64,000 bases of DNA from Sphyrna mokarran (lineage: Eukaryota). The notes beneath the pieces were generated by a model, which was not told the DNA's origin, did not search any database, and worked only from the letters and a program-made list of their open reading frames with translations. Below, piece after piece: positions 12,501 to 24,500 of the stretch. The DNA lies in the NCBI GenBank assembly GCA_024679065.1, contig JAGIQG010000011.1:7874001-7938000 (forward strand). Reading direction: 5' to 3'. How positions within the stretch are numbered: the first letter of the stretch is position 1; the number at the start of each line of letters is the position of its first letter. A program made the position numbers and the translations under genes.

Positions 12501-15500
12501 CCTGCCTTCTGCTTTCCAGCATTCCACAGGAACCTGTTCCCTTTGTGACATCTCAGCACACTCCTTGGCCATCCCTAAGCTCCCTCCCTTCCCTACAGCA
12601 TCTTTCTGTGCAAGTGTAGGAGATGCAACATCTATTCTTTCACTTCTTTCCTTCTCACACTTTTCCCAAGTGAAATGGCAATTTTTTTCAATTTAGTGCA
12701 CTGCGTTCACTGTTCACGATGAGGTCTCCTCTACATTGGGAAGACCAAAAATAGATTGAGTGACCACTTTGTGGAACACCTGCAATCTCCGCAAGCATGA
12801 ACCTGAGCTTCTGATTGTTTCTCATTTTAATCCTCCATCTTGCTCCCATTCTGACTTTTCTGCATACTGAACAGAACGGACTACTGCGAAGAAGTGTACC
12901 GACAACTAAACAATGTGAAACACTACAGACAGTTACCAGCAGATCTGACCAAAGAACACACTCGTCAACTCAACACTCTGATCAAAACCTTTGATCCGGA
13001 CCTTTAGAACACCCTCTGGGCTCTCATTCCACGTACTCCCCGCATTGGAGATCTCTACTGCCTCCCAAAGATACACAAGGCAAACATACCTGGCCGTCCC
13101 ATTGTATCGGGCAATGGGACCCTGTGTGAGAACCTCTCTGGCTATATCGAGGGCATCCTGAAACCCATTGTACAAAGAACCCCCAGCTTTTGTCTTGACA
13201 CTACGGACTTGCTACAGAAACTCAGCACACATGGAGCAGTTGAACCAGGGACACTCCTTGTCACAATGGATGTCTTGGCGCTCTACACCAACATCCCCCA
13301 CGATGATGGTATTGCTGCAACTGCCTCAGTACTCAATGCCAACAACTGCCAGTTTCCGGATGCAATTTTACAACTCATCCGCTTCATCTTGGACCACAAT
13401 GTCTGCACCTTCAACAATCAGCTTTTCATCCAGACACATGGAACAGCCATGGGAACCAAATTCGCACCTCAGTATGCCAACATCTTCATGCACAGGTTCG
13501 AACAAGACTTCTTCACTACACGAGATCTTCAACCAAGGTTATATACTAGATACATTGATGACATCTTTTTCCTTTGGACTCATGGTGAACAATCATTGAA
13601 ACAACTGTATGATGATATCAACAAGTTCCATCCCACCATCAGACTCACCATGGACTATTCTCCAGAATCAGTTGCATTCTTGGACACACGCATCTCCATC
13701 AAGGACGGTCACCTCAGCACCTCACTGTACCGCAAACCGACAGACAACCTCACAATGCTCCACTTCTCCAGCTTCCACCCTAGACACGTTAAAGAAGCCA
13801 TTCCCTATGGACAAGCCCTCCGTATACACAGAATTTGCTCAGATGAGGAGGATCGTGACAGACACCTCCAGACGCTGAAGGATGCCCTCGTGAGAACAGG
13901 ATATGGCGCTCGACTCATCGATCGACAGTTCCGACGTGCCACAGCGATAAACCGCACTGACCTCCTCAGAAGACGAACACGGGACACGGTGGACAGAGTA
14001 CCCTTTGTTGTCCAGTACTTCCCCGGAGCGGAGAAGCTACGACATCTTCTCCGGAGTCTTCAACATATCATTGATGACGATGAACATCTCGCTAGGGCCA
14101 TCCCCACCCCCCCACTTCTTGCTTTCAGACAACCGCACAACCTCAAACAGATCATTGTTCGCAGCAAACTACCCAACCTTCAGGAGAACAGTGACCACAA
14201 TACCACACAACCCTGCCACAGCAACCTCTGCAAGACATGCCAGATCATAGACATGGACGACATCATCAAACGTGAGGATACCATTCACCAGGTACACGGT
14301 ACATACTCTTGCAACTCGGCCAACGTTGTCTACCTAATACGTTGCAAGAAAGGATGTCCCGAAGCATGGTACATTGGGGAGACCATGCAGACACTACGAC
14401 AGCGGATGAATGAGCATCGCTCAACAATCACCAGGCAAAACAGTTCCCTTCCTGTGGGCGAACACTTCAGCAGTCATGGGCATTCGGCCTCCGACCTGCG
14501 GGTAAATGTTCTTCAAGGGGGCCTTCGTGACACATGACAGCACAGAGTTGCTGAGCAGAGACTGATAGCCAAGTTCCGCACACATGAGGACGGTCTTAAT
14601 AGGGATCTTGGCTTCATGACACACTATCTGTAACCCCCGTAACTTGCCTGGGTTAGCAAAAAACCTCACTTACTGTGCTGTCTGGAGAAAATACACAATT
14701 CTCTAACCAATGCTCAGGATTCCCTTCACACACATTGTTAGCCACTTTAACACTTGAATAGCAGGTTAGATGTAAGGATTCGCATTCTAATCAGCAATCT
14801 GTGACTGTGTTGATATGTGTGCTATTGCAGACCAGAACACTGCATTTGCCTGACGAAGGCACAAGAGCGTCGAAAGCTCGCAAATTTACTATCAAATAAA
14901 TCGGTTGGATTTAAAATTGGTGTTGCTAAATTCTTACTGAGTTCTTACTACCCCAGTCCAACGCCGGCATCTCTACATCATTTCTGCACATGGCCAGTTA
15001 CAGTGTTTGAGGGAAATTCAATGTAAACTCGAGGAATAACATCTCATGTTTCAACTCGGCAATCTGCAAGATTCTGGACTCAACATCGAGTTCAACAGTT
15101 TAGATCATGGTGTGATTTGTGAAGAGGATGCAAAGAGGCGTCAAGGACATTTAGACAGACTAAATGAGCAGACAAGAACATTGCAATGTAATTCAATGCA
15201 GTAAAATGTGAAGTTTTCTACTTTTATAGGAAAAACAGAAATCCAGAGTATTTCTTAAACTGGGAGAAGTTGGGAAATGTTAATGTCTGATGGGACCTCA
15301 GTATTCTTGTTCACAAATCACTCAAAGCGAACATGCAGGTTCAGCATTGGGAAGGCAACTGGTATGTTAGCCTTTATTGCGTGAGCTTTGAGTATAGGAT
15401 AAAGAAATTCTTGCTGCAGTTGTATATAGCTTCAGAGAGGCCACATCTGGTGTTTTGTGTGTAGTTTTGGTCTTTTTACCTTATGAAGGATATAAAGAGT

Positions 15501-18500
15501 GCAACCTGGGATGATGGGATTGTCCATTCAGAGAAGAGTGAGGAGACTGGGCCTGTTTTCTTTACAGTTTAGAAGAGTGAGAGGTGATTTCATTGAGGTG
15601 TATAAAATTCTTAAAGGGCTTGACAGGGTAGGTTGGAGGGATGGGGTGAGGGGACCAATGGTCAAGAACCAAGGGATAGAGTCTTAGAATAAGAGGTAGG
15701 ACATTTAAGACTGAGATAAGGAGGAACTTCTTTAGTTATAATGGTAAATCTTTTGAATTCTCTACATCAGAGGGCTGTGTAGGCTCAGTCATGGAGTATG
15801 TTTAAGCAGAGCTTGATAAATTTCTAGATATCAATGACATTAGAGGATGTGGGTTAGTAAAAGAAGATGGTATTGATTAGAAGAGCTATGATCTAAATAA
15901 ATGGCGGAGCAGGTCAAGGGATTGAATGACCAACTCATGCTTCTATGTTCCTAATCCCTGCTGCCACCTTGATTGATGTTATTTTTTCAATCTGCTGAGT
16001 TGTACCTTAATGTCTTCATGTTGCATTCAAATTGTTTTTATGTAGCAATTCATGTCTCATTTAGACACAGTGCATTGCTACTCTCTTTGGCTGGTCATAA
16101 AAACTTTTGTTATTTAATCTTGCTGAGCCTATACTTTATCACAGACTTTTTCCTTTGTTCTTCCTGACTCTTTCCTCCCTCCACGGCTTATAACTCCTTA
16201 GAATTTCATACATTTAGTTCTGATGATCTGAAAACATCAACGCCGTTTCTCTCCATACATATGTACGTACATACAAAGTAGGAGCAGGACAAGGCCACTT
16301 GGTCCCACAAGACTGATTCACCATTCAGTAAAATCATGGCCAATCTGATTGTGACTCCAAACCCACATTCCTACCTTTCTGATAACATTTTAACCTCTTT
16401 TTCCTAAATTAAATTAATGGCTTATGGACATAACTGGCTGGGTCAGCATTTACTGGTCATTCCTAAGGCCATTTAAAAGTTAACCACATTTCTGTCGGTC
16501 TGGAGTCATATGCAGGCCAGATTTCATTTCCTAAAAAACATTAGTGAACCAGATGGATTTCATGGTCATCATTAGACTTTTAATTCCAGATTTCTATTTA
16601 ACTACTTGCTGTGGTGGATTTAAGCACTGAGTCCCTTTAGCATTGTCCTGGGTCTCTGGATTACAAGTCCAGTGACAATACCACCATAGATAGTACATTA
16701 GTATCCTAATCAGGAAATGCAGCTCTGTATTAAAATATTCAAGTATTCCACTTTCACTACTTTTTGAACAAGAGGATTCCAGAAACTCATGACCCTCTGA
16801 GAAAAAAATTCTCATCTTCATTTTAAATGATTGATCCCTTATTTTTAAAGTGACCTCTAGTGCTAGATAATGCCTTATCTGCTGAGTTTTCCAGCACTTT
16901 TTGTTCTTGTTTCAGATTTCCAGTTTCTGCAGTATTTTGCATTGGTAAAATTCTATCAATCTCAGTTTTGTTATTAACTCCATTCTCAGCAGCCTTATGT
17001 GGGACAGAGTTTCAGGTTCATTAACGTTTGTGTGAAGATGTGATGGCTGGCATTACTCATAAACAGCGCAATTCTCAATTTAATCTATCCGCTCCTTTAA
17101 TTGTCTTTCACACATCACTTAGGTCACCCCTCAAACTCCTACACTCAGAGGAATATAAGCTAAATCCAAGCAACTTTTCCTCGTAATTTAATCCTTTTAT
17201 CCTCAGTGTCATTCTGGTGATTTTACACTGCATCTCTCCAAGGTCAGTATTTCCTCTTTGAAATTTGGTGCCTGGAACTAAACAGAAGTATTCTAACAAC
17301 TAAAGCTATGTTCACTGAATCTTCACTCCTCCCTTTATTTCAGTTGTATAAATTCACATTGGAATGATGACCTACATCTTTTAAAGAACTAGGCTGCCAA
17401 TTCTGGAGATTTCATCACATGACCTATCTTCCTCCCCCCCCGCCCAATGTGTCTGCCTTTCATCAGCCAAATATACCAATCCTTATGACAATTAGTCAAT
17501 AACAACATTGACAATACCCTCTATGCTTCCTGATGTTTGAAATTTAATGGTATTCAACTGTGTGGTGGTGATGACAGGACCCAACTTTATGCATAATGTA
17601 CTGTATAGATGTTGACTGTGGTTCAGTGGGTAGCCTCTTGGCTCTGAGTCACATGGTTACGGTGGGTTCCAGAGACAAAATCTAGGCTGATAGATACAGT
17701 ATTGAAGGACAGCTACTCTATCAGAGATGCCATTTGTGACATTAAACTGAGGCCTATCTGCTCTCTCAGGTGAACAGGGAACATGAAACTACATGAAGTG
17801 TCGAGTGGTTCATGTAATGTATAAACATCATTGACTGCCTGGTCCGAATGGCCTGTTTCTGTGGTATATATTCTATGTAACAGCACATTAGACAGCCCAG
17901 TCCTGGACAATATTTATCTCTCACTAATATTACGTGAAACAAGTTTATCAGGTCTATCACATTGCTGTTTTCAGTTGTAGGTCAGAATCTGGTTGTTTCA
18001 CAACTGTGTGCAATTCAATAGTTAATGAGTGTGAATGAGCCCAAATGTGACTGAGCTGCAACCTGCAGGAATACTTGTTGGAATATTGGGGAAAAGTAAT
18101 CAGAACAGGTTTGTTTAATGTTTCAAATATTTATTTTCATGCTTCCAACAGAAAGAAGAAGAGAAATTCATTTAGATGAAAATTTCTTTATCGGATTTGG
18201 TAAAACAGCATTGATGCCAGAAGAGGTCTTGCTGTCGATCTTAATACCGTATTCCAGAAAAGTAAGTCATTGAAGAGATAAAAGGTGGGATCAGAAAGTG
18301 TGTTGATAAGTCAGCTGCAAAAATCAGTCTCACTGACGAATAGTTCTCTCCTTTTTTTCTGAAGTGGGTGAGAGGGAGTAATCAATTTGTGAACTGAGTG
18401 ATACATTGGAAAAACTGCATGTCAAAAACCGCCCAGATTTATTTTTGATAATAAAGCAAGAACACTAAGAACAACTTGCAAATAATGCATTTAACATAAA

Positions 18501-21500
18501 AAAACTATCCCAAGCTGTATCACAGAGACCTAATCAGACAGAAATTGAAACAATCAAAGAAGTGACTAAAATCCTGGTTTTAAACAAGATTTTAAGAACA
18601 ATATTAATGCAGGGAGAGGTAGAGAGGTAAAAAATTTCAGGGTGAAAATCCAGACCATAGTTCTTGGGTCAATGGTGGGCAACCTGTGGCCTAAGGTCAC
18701 ATTTGGTCCATTTGCACTCTGAGTGCAGCCCATTGGACATTCTGTTGGCCATTGCCCAGATGCAGGGTTATCACATTCCACAAATTTCCATCTGCCTTGT
18801 TTTTTTTCCTTTAGGTGTGACCAAAGTGACGCACATGTAAAGCAATGGTTAGTAAAGTCAGTTTCATGCTGAATACACACAGCATTGACTATCAGACATG
18901 TGCTCCTTTTGCTCCAAAGTGTAAATACTGTTGGTTTTTCTAGTTGAAGCTGATTACAGTTCTTGATTAAGCATTTTCTTTAACTGATTATGAAATATTC
19001 AGCATATATTAAATATATTTAATCTTAATCACGGGGTCATGGTTAATCAACAAGCCTGATTTTAATCTTGCTGTCACTAAGATGAAGGAGGACCACTTGC
19101 GCAGCCCACCCACTATCCTAGGTTGTCTATCACTGCCCTAGGCTGAAGGCATTGCTGCTGATGATTGTGATGTACACAAATAGCCAGTGTCAGAATTCTT
19201 CAAGTGCTGAAGAGTTGCCAATGTAGGAAACATGGGGGTAACGAATGAAATGTGGTGTGAATCAGGATAAAGGCAGCAGAGTTTGGAAGGAGTTAAAATT
19301 TACAGAGGGTGAAAGATGGAAAGTTGCTGGAAGAGCATTGGAATTGATGCATCTGCAGATGGTAAAGGCATGCATGTATAAGAGATTCAGCAACAGATCA
19401 GGTGTGGTTAGGGCAGATAAATTATCGAGGTGGAAGTAGATAGTTCATGTGATGGACAAAATGTAAAGCTAAAAACTGAGCTTAGGGTCACATAAAACAC
19501 CTGGAGTGTAAATAGTTTGGTTAATGTTCATGCTTTCAGAGAAGAAGGCTGGAATTGGTGGCCTGGAAACATAAATTCTGGTAGGGGATGAAGACAATGG
19601 CTTCAGTCACTCAGTGAAAACGAAGAGGGAAAGATGGTTTATCACTATAACAGTCACAAAGGATGTCATTTGTGAGTTTGCTTCGGGCCATTTTGGTAAT
19701 GTGGCTCGCCTGTAAACCTAATTGGAGAGGTTCAACTAAGGAGTTATGAGAAACATGGACAGATTTGAGAAACAATAAGGACATATTGTTTCCTTGGGTC
19801 AAGGATGGATTTTCAGTGATGAGAGTGGTCTTAGCAAGGAGTTAGTGCACCACTATTTACAATTATCAGGTAGGCATGAGGTCAGGAAGAAGTCAGCAAT
19901 TTAGTGGGAATGGAGGTTAGCAAAAGATAACTGAAAATGAAGGTAAGGTAATGATAAGACTGGCTCATAAAAGTCTGGGGATTGCAGAGGAATAGAAATC
20001 TAAGGGAAATGAAGAGTTCCATAATTTCAAAGTTTTGTGAAACAGAGATTTTGACAGGAATAGGCTTCTTAAGTTTGGGAACTACTCTATGGAGTCTTTT
20101 TTTTATACCATATCCCTGTTCCGAGGTCAGCCTGATTGTCAAGCTTGTCTCCCTACCAGGCAGAGAACACTCTGGAACAGGCTGCATCTACAGCACCTGA
20201 TAAAGAATCTGGGGTTTGATTTAAACTCTGACATTGGGTCTGAATGTGAATCTTCTAATCTCATTTTAATATTCAAATGAACAACTCGCCTTCTGAACAT
20301 GATTCATGTATTAACCCTGAACAAAAAATATGGGAGAACGTAAGAGGAGTTTGAAGACTATCTCCTGATCTTGGAGCTGTGTTCAACTCTTGATGGACCT
20401 CAGCTTTATAAAAGATTATTGGATGGAGTCTGGCATCGAAGAGAAAAATGAACCCTCTTGGAATGTTATTAATAATGGAATTAAAAGTGGGAGTTCCATT
20501 TGAGTTCATAAAGAATATTGAGAAATACTGAGTTCCCTAAAATGGACTGTTTTTGACAAATTGGAAGACACAATCGGAATGCATTGCCCCGGTCTTCAGG
20601 ATGTCAAGCCGATGCAAAGGTTACCAATTTAGCAGTGGGGAGAATATACCCACAGGTGCTAGTCCCAAAGCTAAATTTGTGGGGATCATTCCTTAGGTGT
20701 CCTGGTGGGCATCAAATGCAAAGTAGTCACAATTGAGTTGCGGGGGGAGTAGTCAAGCATGTCATGATCAGAATTCTCCAAAAAATCTCCTGGACTGCTA
20801 AGTATAGTCAATTTATTTTTTTTAAAAAATAATGCTCCCTCCTATTCACAGTACTTGAGATAGCCCCATGATCATGGTGTAAGTAAGGCCAGCTGTTTGT
20901 GAAGGTATGACAGTGTGGAACATTCAGATGATGCCCAGGCTCAATTTGCGATCAGCCCTAGATCTCTCTTCTCATGTGCGTACTACCTATATAACATGAT
21001 GTTTGAGTCCAAAATAAATAATGTTTTCTGAATGGACAGATCATTTGTCGATCTAGATCTAACAGATATTGTTTCAAGCAAGGTTGTATGTAGTATAATA
21101 GGATTTAGTCCTTCTATAGCAAGTTTCATTTACCTAGTACCATTTACATAGTAACACATCTCAAAGTGCTTCTCTGGAGAATAAGCAGACAAAACCTATT
21201 ACCCCTTTTTCCAGTTGGACACATTGGATAGAATATTGACACTGTGATTATCACTGCTGTCTCACAGTGCCAAGGACCCAGGTTCGATTGTAATTTGGGT
21301 CACTGTGCAGGCGGAGTTTGCGCATTCTGCCCATGTCTGAATGGATTTCCTCCTATATTCTGAAAGGTTAGGTGCATTGGCCATGCTCAATTCTCTCTCA
21401 AAATATCTGAACAGGTGTGGGAGTGTAGCGACTAGAAGATTTCCACAGTAACTTCATTGCAATGTTAATGTAAGCCTACTTGTGACTAATAAATAAACTT

Positions 21501-24500
21501 TGCCTTTGGCACTTGATAGGCAAATTCATACATGCAGAAGGACTATTTGGATGTTTTGTTAGCAATTGCAACCTCTTAATTCCTTCAAGAGGAAGCAGAA
21601 GAGGGAGGAAAAATGCAAAATCTTTACAGGTTACTGGTTAGGCCTCAGCTGGAATATTGTGCTCAATTCTGGACATACTTTAGAATTGGAGAGATTGCTG
21701 AAGCTGGCATTGTATCCCTTAGAGCAGAGAAAGGCAAAGGGGAGATTTAATGGTGGTGTTCAAACTTATAAGGTTTTTTACTCGAATAGATAGTGAGATA
21801 CTGTTTCCACTAGCAGGACAGCCATTAAATGAGGGACATTTGCAGAGGGACATAGATAGGTTGCAGAGCTGGGCCATGAGGTGGCAAATGGAATTCAATA
21901 CGGATAAGTGTGAGGTGATTCACTTTGGTAGGAATAACAGGCATATGAAATATAGGGCTAATGGAAGGACCCTTAATAGTGTTGTCGAGCAGAGGGATCT
22001 TGGGGTAAAAGTACATAGCTCTTTGAAAGTTGGCACCCAGGTTGATAAAGTTGTTAAGAAGGCGTACGGTGTGTTAGCTTTTATTGGTAGAGGGATGGAA
22101 TTTAGGAGCCGTGAGGTTATGTTACAACTGTACAAAACTCTGGTGCGGCCGCACTTGGAGTATTGCGTACAGTTCTGGTCGCCGCATTATAAGAAAGATG
22201 TGGAAGCATTGGAAAGGGTGCAGAGGAGGTTTACCAGGATGTTGCCTGTTATGGTGGGAAGGCCTTATGAGGAAAGGCTGAGGGACCTGAGGTTATTTTC
22301 ATTAGAGAGAAGAAGGTTACGCGGTGACGTAATTGAGGCGTATAAGATGATCAAGGGATTGGATAGGGTGGATAGTGAGAGCCTTTTTCCTCGGATGGTG
22401 ATGACCAACACGAGGGGGACATAACTTTAAATTAAGAGGTGGTAGTTATAGGACGGATGTCAGAGGCAGGTTCTTTACACAGAGGGTGGTGAGAGCGTGG
22501 AATGCCCTGCCTGCAGCAGTTGTGGACTCGCCTACTTTGGGGGCATTCAAATGTTCGTTGGATAGGCATATGGATGATATTGGAATAGTTTAGGTTAGAG
22601 GGTCCACTGGCCGGCGCAACATCGAGGGCCGAAGGGCCTGTACTGCGCTGTAATGTTCTATGTTCTATGTAAATTAAAAATAACTGGCAAAAGAACTAGA
22701 GGCGGTTTGAGAATTTTCTTTACTCAACATGTCTGGACTTTCCTGTCTGAAATGTAATTTAAGCATTTTACTAGTAACTTTCAAAAGGGAACTGGATCAA
22801 TACTTGAGAAGAGAAAATTTGCCGTATTATAGGAACAGACTGGGTGGTGTAAGACTAACTAGATTTCAAAGCACTAGAACAGACATAAGGGGCTGAAAAT
22901 CCTCCTGTGTTGTATTCATTCTATGAAATAGAACAAAATATCACGAAGTGAATTGGACTCTTCCTCATTGCAGTGGCAGTTGGTCTCAGTATTTCGCCAA
23001 GCCTCTCGTCGGGAAAATGCCTTCCCTATTGTGAATTCGGGAATGCAAGTCGTGTTCAAAGATGAGACAAGGGTTATTGCTGAGCTAAGGATGTTCTTTG
23101 GAGGAGTGGGCCCTACAACTGTTTATGCAAAAAGATGCTGCAAGGAGCTAATCGATCGGTAAGCCTGTAAACATTGGGATATTCACTATGTTAATCTGGA
23201 AAACCCCTTTAAAGTATGGACCACAAAGAAAATCTGTCCATTTGTTGTACTTTGTTCCTCTGAATTTCTTGAGCATTTCACTAGGAAAGAGTAGCTGTAT
23301 TGGTTTCCAATACAATGATAGCAGAGAATGCAACTTGACTATGGTCAATCAGTCCTTTGAGAGGAAAGATAAATTATCTTCACTGACTTGTCTTCTTCAA
23401 GACCTTTTATTCTGGATTTCATCCTCTTCCAGGCAACATTCATAGAACATAGAACATAGAACATAGAACATTACAGCACAGAACAGGCCCTTCGGCCTTC
23501 GATGTTGTGCCGACCAAAATAAAAAGCAATGCCCTCCAAACTAAACCATTCCCTTCTCTTCCATATACTTATCAATTAACCTCTTAAACGCCACCAAACT
23601 TGGCGCATCTACAATCACATACCTCTCTCCAAAATCCTGAGCAAGAGGTCTTTCTGCTCTTCCAAGGCAACTGCCTTTCCTCTGTTCAACTTAACTTGGC
23701 TACAGATATTGTTCTGTTGTTGTCTTGAGGCTATTGGACTAAATCAGGATTTATACCTAATCAGGCCCTTGCAGACAAAGCCTTTGTTTATAATTACTGT
23801 ATTTGTTCTATTTCTGAGATCTTGCAAGATCTATTATGACCATCTGAGGAGAGGCTGATAGGAACACTCAACCTCGTTACTGAACAAATCTTTTTTTTCA
23901 CTGTAGATTTTAATTCCTGATTCTGTCAGGCATTTAGTTCAATTGTTATGACAAATTAACATATTATTCCTTGCTCATGTCACCACGTTTCATTGAGACA
24001 TTTTTCTAATGTGTAGGAATTCATGTTGCTTGTAAAAAATGTCCCCAATATTAGAAACAACTTGTAATCCAAATCCGATCTGTGGGAAAAAATGGACAGA
24101 ACTAAATTGCTAAAATATGGTGCCTATGCATTTTAATACCTTGCACTCCATTCAAAAATATATTTACATTCAGGATATTGGTGTTGCTGATAAGACCAGC
24201 ATTTATTCCCAGCTTCCCTTGAGAAAATGGTGATAAACCACCCTCTTGAACTACTGCAGTCCATATGTTACATCTTTGATGCTGTTAGAAAAGAGTTCCA
24301 GGATTTTGACTTTGTGCTGATGAAGGAATGGTTATAGATTTTCAAGACATATTGACATGTGACTTGAAAGTGTGCTTGGAGATGCTGATATTTCTATGCA
24401 TCTGTTGCCCTTAACCTTCTTGGAGGTTGAGGTTATGGCCAGTATTTTACAACTTTGCTCCGGCGAATTCTGTTCTGCAAGCCATGCCTACCCTGATTTT

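Larger units (their letters stand above)
12500..15104 (+). mobile_element. Old PLE (GIY-YIG region) split by a younger PLE
   Basis: [29 protein letters not shown] upstream of 12864, resuming at 14989 (HGQLQC...GLNIEFNS); an uninterrupted relative lies at 44945-45110. Confidence 0.75.
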
